Notes under the pieces: model-generated
Told to the model about the DNA's origin: nothing
The model's input: the letters and a program-made list of their open reading frames with translations, nothing else
The model's database searches: none
NCBI GenBank assembly: GCA_010093815.1
Contig: ML996574.1
Source of the DNA: Pseudovirgaria hyperparasitica
Taxonomy: Eukaryota
DNA: 64,000 bases
Reading direction: 5' to 3' (one strand)
Made by a program: the position numbers and the translations under genes
Part shown: positions 33,840 through 43,616 of the stretch, piece by piece
Layout: the number at the start of each line of letters is the position of its first letter
How positions within the stretch are numbered: position 1 is the stretch's first letter

Positions 33840-35870
33840 GCTAGGTCCGCCTCGGCCGACCGATTTCTTACACTAAAGCACCCCCCGGGGTTCCATACTC
33901 TAACACCACGGCCTACTTTATTCACACCGATCACTTCTTCGTGCCGATCATCGGTCCTATTCGGCTATTGCACCGTCGATGCCGCTTAAAGGTTTAGGCT
34001 GCCGGTGACCAAAACACTCCCGAATCGGCTTCGGCGACGGCTGATCATGTAAAGCGATTGATCACAGCCATTCCCTCCTATCACCAGCAGAGAGCTTCTA
34101 GCCATCAATCGACCGCAGCAGCTGTATGTGTGTGGGACATACCTTCGCCTCCACGGCCTCGAGGCTGAAGGACTTAACAAGCGCACTGTGGAGATATTTG
34201 GATCAGCCAAGCCAAGCACGAATGTTGTTGGACCATCTAGAAGCTCTGTATACAAGTAAAGTGATTGAATCAGGAGTATCAGCCAGGATTCCAGTCACCT
34301 ACGGATACTCAACATGAACCGGGGTAACTGACCCTTCCATACAGAACAGCAATCTCGAGTGACCCTTCAAGAATCCTATACAGGTACCAGACGGCAGATA
34401 CGAGGAATGCTGCTGAGGCTGCTTAGCAATGAATTTGCGCCCATCAGAAAGCACTAATAACTTTCTCACTCCGAGCACTCCGAGCGCTCAGACTCCCTCC
34501 CGCAAGACTACCCGCAAAGCCGTAGGCCTAGGTGTGAACGTAACGGACAAGACACAACCATAAACGCATTTCGTTTCGCTCGTGCCTGTAGTCTGGGATC
34601 ATACCTGTACCTCCGAATGTAGGCGCAGATTCCAGACCCAGGTCCACAGGTCTGGAAATAGGAATGCATGCTGCTGCACTGCAACAAAGGGACCTCGAGT
34701 GTCGTGTCAGCAAGGGTCCGCAACAATCCCCCGGACCCAGGAGACAGGTTCCAGGCCAGGGCACGTATGGTGATAGGAGCACACCACCACCATCTGCGAC
34801 TCTCCTGTCATTTGTGTGCTATCGCGCGCGACCACGTTGTCAGCAATGGACGGGCCGCAGACTCTGCATTTTCTTGATAACGATAGGTAGCAGACAGCCA
34901 AGGAAAAATAAACGTGCAGAAACAAGCTGAAGCTAACGTCAGTCTCCGACTGCCATGCATGGCTCGATCGAAGCCTCGAACACGACCACGCAATACTCCT
35001 ATTGGGATACTGCGTCGACAAAACTAGGCGGAGAAGACTCCGGAATGACCGCCCCATGCTGTCAATCTCTCAGCATGGAATCCATAATCTGGACACATGG
35101 ATGCTAGGCAACAGTGTTAATATTTACAGCTGCGCGTGCCGGTCAGCAAACAAGGGTTGTGCCCAGAATAGGTTCATCGACTCCCGACGTCCCAGAACAT
35201 TCACCTCTTACAACCAACCCCACGAGGTTTCCAGGATAGACGTCCATGTCATCCGATGCCTCGGGTGGATAGATGACGCGATTGGAACACTCACTACATG
35301 CCTGTCGGTGTCGCTGTATGCAACGTTATCATCATCATATCGGCGTCGTCGAATGCAACATCACTGTTGTAGCAAGTCTCCATCATGTTTGTGTATGTGT
35401 GCAAGGGAGCGGTGTCTATATCCGTCTCCTACCTATCACGTAGAAGATGACCCCGTATCGTGGCACAACGATTACGCCAATTCTGCTACAGCATCCAGCT
35501 GCTCTCATCCATCCAGTTGGCCGCAACGTTATGTCATGACTTCATTGTGTTCACTCGGGAGTGCACTAGCAACACACCTAAGCATCGCACCTATCACCTT
35601 TTGCAAAGGGCGCAAAGATAGGTAGGTAGGCAGGCAGCAGAGTTCTAGATGCATTGTACCCCCATTGGCTTTTTACGCCATCAGCTTCGGATTGGCTATA
35701 CTCGTTCGACCTCTGTCGACCTGCGTTGCCCACCCCGCCTTGACCTCTTTTAAACACTCCTGTAACTATTGGTGCATCCCCCTTCGTTATTCTAACGAGA
35801 AACTCAAAGATCAATGGAGTATGTAGTAAATAGGATCATTATTTTCCAGACAGCATATACTGTCTGGATA
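33840..35870 (+). ncRNA. Candidate long structured non-coding RNA (unassigned)
   Basis: No credible protein ORF. It follows a pyrimidine-rich promoter-like tract (33808-33840), contains a continuous series of hairpins with G-U pairs on the + strand, and has intron-like signals (GTATGT 34124, ACTGAC 34327, CAG 34344). Boundaries approximate. Confidence 0.45.
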
Positions 35871-36931
35871 TCAATCAAGACCGTAAAGACGCTCTCAGAT
35901 GCGCGATATCGTATTTAGAAAATCGTAAACTCATGTCGCTCGCTCTTTGTGGTATTCCCTTCAGAACCAAGACTCCAAAAACTCCACTTGCCATCCGATC
36001 AAACTAGCATCTGCAATACACCCACACACTCGCACACTCACTCACTCATTTACATTGCGTCGTATCCCACTAATGTTTCTACTGCGTATTCTTTTCTGAG
36101 CCGTACCGGGCTAGTCTGATCTCCACCTCTTCGCAAAACTAATTCACAAGAATAGAAGCCGTCATAGAATATGTAACAGAACGCAAAGCCAACAAAAGCA
36201 TGGCATACAGACAAAGTCAAGAGACCCCGGATAAGAATGAGAACGTGCTGCATCCCTTCGATATGGTCAGGCGTGTCCTTCTGCTGGCCGTAGCACAACG
36301 GTGTTTTACCCGAGCGCTAGCTGCGGCTGAATGATGGTATGCATGTAATGCCTGTTGCAAATGGAAATACCTTGGAATTCTATGCACCACCCATTGCGCA
36401 TGCCCAGTTGTGTAGTAAGCAAGTAAGTGCACGAGTGTGCCAAAAACAAGATATGAAGTCGCACGATGGGTACCGTGGCGTGGCATAGCTTTGCAGGCAT
36501 AGGATAGCCCATGGCACCATGCCCACAGCCCTCTGCATCGGTTGGTAGGACACCACGAGCAAGTATGACGAGGCACCGAAGATGTGCTCTCTGTGTGCAG
36601 GAGAATAGGGAGTAGAGTGCGAGTCGAAGTGAGTTCTGGAACTTCATCCTGCAGGCGGGTGCTGCCGAGCCGACCAATGGTGATTCGCCGGGGCGCCGGG
36701 TGGATAAGGAGGATTATACTGCTGTTGCTGTTGCTGATGCTGTTGCTGTTGTTGCGGGCGCGCCGCCGGAGTTTGGCCCCTGTGTCCAAGCATCTGGTCC
36801 ATTATCGACGGCAGCTGCATGGTAATAGCAGGAGTAGCAGGAGTAGTAGCAGCAGCAGCAGTAGCAGCATGGCGCGCGGGCGAGAGGCGGTGCCTGCAAC
36901 ACAAAAACATCGTTCAGCGTCTATTCTCTGC

Positions 36932-38747
36932 TTACGTCCAGACGGCGGGAGTGGACACGAACCCGCTGTAAGCAAGCTGTACGCCGGGGTAGGGCGTGTA
37001 CGCTGCTGCTGCTGCTACTGCTGCCACCTCTTCCTGCGATACCGGATATGAGAGCGCGGGCGCAGTAGGCGGGAGATGTGGCGAGATGTAACCGGCGCTG
37101 TTGGTGATGCTGTTGCTGCTGATGGACATGCCACTGTAGTCGATGCTCGTTGGTCGCGAGTCGTAGGGATTGGACTGGCCGTAGTAGCTTAGGGGCGATG
37201 GTGCAGCAGGGGACAAGGAGGGTCCAGAGCCTACGAGATCGAATGGCCCTGCAAGATTGAGCTGTGCGGCGCTGGGATCGTAGTATGAGGGTGAAGTATG
37301 CAGTGCACCAAGATTATCACGCTGGCGCCGGGCTCTATAGCTTGCTGCAGTTTCTCTGGGAAAGCCAATGCATGTTACTGCTGCGGACACAGCAGCGTCG
37401 TAAGCGTTTTCGACCTGGTAGGTTGCGATAGTTGCGAGGATTGCTTCGAGTGGTTGTAGAGCGAAAGATGCGCAGAAGGCATGTCCTACGTCTGGAAACA
37501 TGGGCTCGAGAGCCAGCGCTGTGGCGTAGAAGTAGGCAATGACAGTGAGAACCATGGCGTCATTGCGGCGAACAGCGAGCAGTGAGATGGGAACCCAGAA
37601 CAGCCACTTCCGGAGGGCGTAAAGTTGGCTGAACTGTTCGTCAAGTGCTTGAGCAGGTGTAGAATTTTGTAGACGCTCAATGAATCCAAGAAGTTGCTCG
37701 ACCCATTTTCGTTCCTGGTCGTAGTGATTGAGATATGCAAGAAGGTATCGAAGGCAGCTGTGGATATGTTGTAGGGTGTTGAGGTGGTCACGGTGAGTGT
37801 CAGGGGTTACGACGGTTCCGTTTGGATTCATGTATTGTTGTGAATATCTCGAGCTTGCATCGTTTAGGTAATCCGCGAATATGGATTCATTCTTCCATGC
37901 TTGCATTGCATTCATAATCTTAAGGTATATGTGAGTCGTTGATATCGTTGGTCCTGATGGATGACTTACGTGACTTGAATTTGCCACAAGGGTAGACCAC
38001 CCACGCCAGTCTGTTGCTACCCATTGCAACAACATGGATGAGGCTAATAAAGCATCCGCATTCGATCGATTGACGTTGCCAACCTCTTGCTGGACATCTC
38101 GTAGTGCAAGACTAGCGTAGTAGCCAGCCAGATGCCGCGTTTCCGATGATTGAGATATCCAGGCTAGATGGGACGCCGAGAATGCTAGCATCGCGTGCAT
38201 GACATGCGCATGCGAGGCGCCCAGGGAAATCACTCTGCTATCGTCAGGTCTCTGGCACCGACAGGTTTGACTTCGCTTACTGTGGGAGACAATCGGTCCA
38301 TACTGTCAACTTTGTTGACCGATTTCGTAACATCTCATTGGTTATCGAGCACAAGTGATGTATAAGACGAAGCTCCGTCTTTGAGTATGAATGCCACTGG
38401 GGCTGTGGATACACTCTGAGCTCCGGGAATGGGAACTCCCCATTTCGCAGCCAGATATCCACGGTTTGTTCTATCTCTTTAGTCCAGAGCAGATTGGCGC
38501 TGGCTGTACCATCGAAACCGCCTGGTGATGATACACTGGGACTATCCATGTAATCACACCTGACCTGATGTTTGGTACAATTTCGACTGTAGAATAAATA
38601 TTAGCAATGTCCCATATCTGCTCGTTCAAACACTTACCATTGTGGGAATGCTTCATCACAGCGGATATGCCTCTTCTTGCACGTACGACAGCCTTTCCTT
38701 GACTTAGTATGACTGCGACGAGAAGGACCACCTCCAGGACCGGCCAT
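36932..38747 (-). CDS. Zn(II)2Cys6 transcription factor, Upc2-like family
   Basis: Exons 38747-38638, 38586-38281, 38234-37970 and 37918-36932. RRSHTKSRKGCRTCKKRHIRCDEAFPQCRNCTKHQVRCDY zinc cluster plus a Upc2-type C-terminal domain (LMHA-like VMHAMLAFSASHL). Confidence 0.9.
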
Positions 38748-40461
38748 GTTGTGTAGTAAAGTTGATGGTTTGTTTGATGTTAATGTTAGATAGGGCGTCG
38801 TTGAGTGAAGAGATGAGGTATGACTAGGCTCAAGACAAAAGCGGGTAGTCCGTATATGAATTATCAACGTCCACTAGCCAAGCCAGAAAAAAAATAGAGT
38901 CAGTTCGAACGCGGGGCTGGAATAGCTGTGTTCGGCGAAGATCTTCGGAAGTGTAAATTGAAACAGGTGAGCGTGGCAGCCGGTGGTTAAAAGCCCCCGG
39001 CCACGAACGACGACAGCTGAAGTCTATGTGCTAAAATCGACTCGTGTAATCTTTCTGTAACTGTAGGCTTAAATGTGACCAGTGGATAAGGTAGGGCTGA
39101 TTTGCAGTTTCAACGCTGTGTCGGGGTGAATTCAGGGACAATTACTGCTTTAGGGTTGACTGGATGGATGTGCGACAACGTCGAATTTCAGTGAATGTGA
39201 CGTTGATTGCTGTCACCGTGGAGAAGTCGCGCCCGGAATGAGGTGAGCCACTCACGAGGCTGTTTTGATGAGAGTTTCCGTGTGACTGACCACGAGCTGG
39301 TAAGACTTGAGTCAATAGCTCAGGCAGACTTGTCAGGACCAGGGTTTGTATATCGAGTCCAGGAATAGAAGAGGAGGCAGTAACATGCCAGTCAAGCTGG
39401 AATATGACGCTGAAAAAGGATACAGGCTGCTTGAATCTAGATGGAGCAGCGAGGGTTGTTCGTATGACATAGCCCTCAGTGGTCCCGATGCCCCCGTGGT
39501 ACTGGGAACTATTAGCTGAGTGAAGAACAAGCTCTATTCCGGTCGCATGGACCGTCGCAGGAATCACTGGCAAGGCAAGGCAGCCATGTGCGGATAGGAA
39601 AAGCATGGGCTCCCGCTATGGCGTCTCATGCCGAGTCCGTGCCCAAATGAATTATTGTGAGATGTGCGGCTACTAGTCAATCGACCCCCACAGAGCACTC
39701 CTTACACTTGGCCCATGTAGGTTTTGGCAATGCCTTTGACGATTGATAGCCTTGCTCTGGGCTCTAGTGTCTCGCTTATCACAGACGCCGTGCATAACAT
39801 CAGAACGCCACGGCGCTGTCGAGACACTAGCAAGAATACTGGTCATCGCGCTACTGGCCGGTGAGTTGCTTGACTGCTGCACTGTCATGGGCTCGTGGGG
39901 AGACCAGAAGTCAGGGACCAAAGCACCTGGACTGTCGGGAGACCAAGCCGACAAGAAGCATGCAGTACAGGCTGCGTGCTGACTGAGTGTATTCATTTCT
40001 TCAAAGGTTGAGTCAAGACCTGGCCTTGGCCGCTTTAAACTGTAGGCCAGGCCGAGAATGGCCACGAAACTGGATTACTGTGTGGATATGCTCGGGGGGA
40101 GGGGTGTCCATGTAGGTAACGCAGGGGGTGACGATGCAGCTAGCACACGATCAACAGCCATACAGCGAGTCTTTTGGGTGTACCAACAAACTTATACAGC
40201 TTGTATGTGTATGGTTAGAAGCTGTAATCTGAACGGCCAACATGGCACAAAGGTCAGAGTGTGTTTTAGTGGCAGTACAGCGCAAGTCGAAGCTATGCCA
40301 GAGATTGGCACGTAGGGACAGACTACAGCGAGTCTGCCCGGTTGTGACCAGACTTCGGATGCAATGTTATGCCTCCATGTGGTAAGGAGCGAGTGGCCTG
40401 CGTTGGGTCGTGTGCTTGTAGTCGAGGGACATATGACGGTGATGCAAGTAAAATAAGCGGA

Positions 40462-40478
40462 GGGGGGGGGGGGGGGGG
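40462..40478. repeat. Poly-G homopolymer (about 17 nt)
   Basis: Run of G in the long upstream region of the Upc2-like gene. Confidence 0.9.
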
Positions 40479-43292
40479 TTCATGTATTCGAGGGAGTGAT
40501 TGGAAGGAAAAAGGTAGAGGAGAAGTTGTAGAAGCTTTGACACAATTCCGCCAACGTGGTAGGTTTTGCTACTAAATTTACGCCCCGGCGCCCCCATAAA
40601 TGGTCGTCCGATTTCCTCTTTGACCGGCACAAGATTGTATGGGATTGTGTTGAGTATTCCGATACAGCAAGCACTTATAGGCGAAACATAATGCGTGTGA
40701 TGAATAGTCACTGAATTTAAACTTTGACTACGCTACCCAATCCCTATGGGAGCCAGGATGGATGGACATGATGCCCACGAATAATATGCATCCGTCAAAA
40801 TTATATTCTCCCCGCAACTTCACAAACTTAGGTACTTTTAGTGAGCGTCTTACCTAATAAGGTAAAGAAGCATGCAATGGTAACTGGTTATATACTCTCT
40901 GGCATTGCTGATCGCCCGCTAGCATAGTGTCTGTCAATAACATCATAACATTATGCAAACCTTAATGCCCCCTCGCCCCGTGCGCCTAATTACCAGTATG
41001 TATGTATCTGTATCTGAACTCCAAGCGGGGCCAAGCTTTTTTCTAGTGGCACGAGTACCGAAACTAAGGCTTGCCAGCGCGACGATGCCTGGCGGTTGCG
41101 GCGCCTCTGAGCCCATCGCCGTCCTTTCTCGCCTTTGACCCCCCAAATCAGTAATTGTAAACGGGTTGATCCCCACCTCCGCCTGGTCATGCACCTGTCA
41201 CAATTCTTGATGGCTTGGGAGAGGAAAGCGAGCAGCCTCCACCAGTTAAGCCTCCACCAAGCTTGCAAGCAGCAGATCAGCCGCTGCGCAGGGGGTGGAA
41301 CAGGGTGAAGCGATGGCGTCCGATGCTTGACTTTACAGCTTTTCCAGTTCATTGTGGGCGGACCATCTCTATGAGCCTCGATGCTTGGCCTCCGAAAGAT
41401 TGTTTTCGCAAAAAGCTTGAGGGTTTGGATAACAGGTAATAGTGCTGTTGATCGCGTCTGAAACACACTTTGACAGCTGAAACAGATGCATCTCCGACCT
41501 CATCGATGTGCACTGCCATCTTCAGAACAGCATCACAGTTAGGTCTTGCAGTCGCTCTGATCAAACATACATCATCATGAAGTCTATCTATCAAAGCACC
41601 AACTCACAAGCGATGGTCTCATCGGTCAGACGACGTCCTAACAGACGCACTCATATGTTGGAACACAATGCAAGCCAAGTAAAGGCCACTCCACAACCCG
41701 TGTGTCATGATACCTCTTAGGAGTCAGGCCGACACTCGAACGCCGATACAAGCTTCGACTTCGCTTGCAGAATAATTGCTTGAAGCAACAGTTCTTCATA
41801 TGTGTCCCAACTGCCTAATCATCAAGAATATGCATGAACAACATGTATGCCTGTTCAAACATTACTGGTGATCGACGTCTAAACCAAAAGAAGCTTGATG
41901 TATTTCTAGTTTTATGGAAAGCTCCTTGGGGGCCAAATAACGACCGGATAACCCGTACCGTTACCAAGTAAACAACCACCGGTATAGAAAACCAAACCAC
42001 ATAGCCACCTGAGTGACCACCTAATATCTACAACCATATCCACAGCATCTGTGCCTACACACAAACCAGCCCACAATCAGCATTCCCCAAAACAGCCAAC
42101 GCTCCCGGACCACCAACCACCACCCACCTGCTCTACTAACTCGCCCGTGCTCGGCCGACCAGTCTAGAACTACGGGCGGCCCAACACCCCATCCCATCCC
42201 GCATACCACCTACCAAGATACCCGATCTTTTCCTATTCGTGCCCCGATTGCGCTAATATTTCGCTAAGGCCTTGGCTCAGCTCGACAGGGGTGCGCTGAG
42301 CAGATCTTGGCGGCCCGCACACCCCCAGGGGGGGCAGCAGCAGGTCTATTAATTATGTGCATTGTGTGTATGGGCGCGGCAAACAAAGACAGAGTTGGAT
42401 GTCATAAACAGATATATTGATAGATAGATAGGGAGGACAAGGATGCGATGCATGCTTCCATACACGGCGAGGCTGACTTCAATTCTCTGAATAGATAGAT
42501 ACATACCCTACATACAGACATACATACTACCCACAAACATGTTACGCACTGCAAACACACATCAATACATCACATCACCAGAGCAGTAGTTCTCACCTAA
42601 GCAGGACATAACATACATACAACCTCCCCCCAGCTCCGGGTTTCCGCCCAGAAGCCAACCCTGGCAAGTCGAAAACCACATTGACGTACGTGCCGTGCCT
42701 CACGATCAGACGAGTATCATTCGTCGTACATACTACATACAACAGAGATCATTGAAAGAAGCCTGAAAAGACTATCTTCCGACTCTAGATTTACCTCACT
42801 ATCTTACCTAGCCTCCACCTTCAATCCATCCCTTCCTCCATCCTCCTCCCATCCTTCGCCTCCTATCGTGCTAAAGAAGGGAGCCGAAGGGACATACTAA
42901 GCGCATGAATAGCAAAATCTAAATGCAAGACTCGGCCGCGAAGACTTCATGAACCCGCGTACTATCCCTACTAGCCGTCTGTTGGTGTGGCTCGTATATC
43001 TGCCTGCCTGCCTGCCTATCTATAAGAAGATCCTGTAGGAAGGCCATAACCAAGCACAGGAGGTCGGTTAATTATGTGCCTCAACGACACCGCCGCGTGC
43101 GTGCTGTACCAATAGCCGTGTCATCTATTCTGATGAGCGAATAGTCAGACGGAGCCGAAATCTGTTTGACTATGCTGAGAGATTTTTGTCGGCGCGCGCA
43201 GTGTGCCAGATCCATCACAGGTACAGAGAGGTATTGACCTCTTAGGGTTACTGTAAAACTACCTAAAGCTACCTACAAGGGGTTGGGAACAA

Positions 43293-43320
43293 TCACCATC
43301 ACCATCACCACCACCACCAT
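43293..43320. repeat. (CAC/CAT)n trinucleotide microsatellite
   Basis: tcaccatcaccatcaccaccaccaccat. Confidence 0.8.
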
Positions 43321-43616
43321 CCTCGGTCGATCGTTCGAGACCGCCCACGCTACGCAGAAGTATATCCACGGACATTACCGTGGACATAGATCTCGCCAGG
43401 GTCGACGTGGTCCGGTCAACGAAGAAGGTCAAAGAACGCTGCAAAGTCTATCATGCCCAATACCATCAATGCCTCACAACATCATCATGTAAATGTTTCT
43501 GAGATCATGCCTTCCTTTTGTGGAATGCTCCGATTGCCAATGCGCTTATACCCCATCGACCACAATCGGGCCTTCCACACACGTTACGCCAAATATCCCG
43601 TTTCAAGTAAAGCTTT

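Noticed and set aside
34329..34368. TGACCCTTC direct repeat as a long-unit telomerase template
   Set aside because: It would imply a 31-nt telomere unit with no support in the window. The first copy also overlaps a branch-point-like sequence.
34725..34738. AATCCCCCGGACC as RNase MRP CR-I
   Set aside because: It does not match GNAAGUCCCC and I found no CR-V partner.
35002..35625. 207-aa ORF in the structured interval
   Set aside because: TTG start, Cys/Ser/Arg-rich random-looking composition and no recognisable domain.
39142..41720. Short ORFs upstream of the Upc2-like gene
   Set aside because: No domains or consistent exon chain. Long non-coding upstream regions are common for fungal transcription-factor genes.
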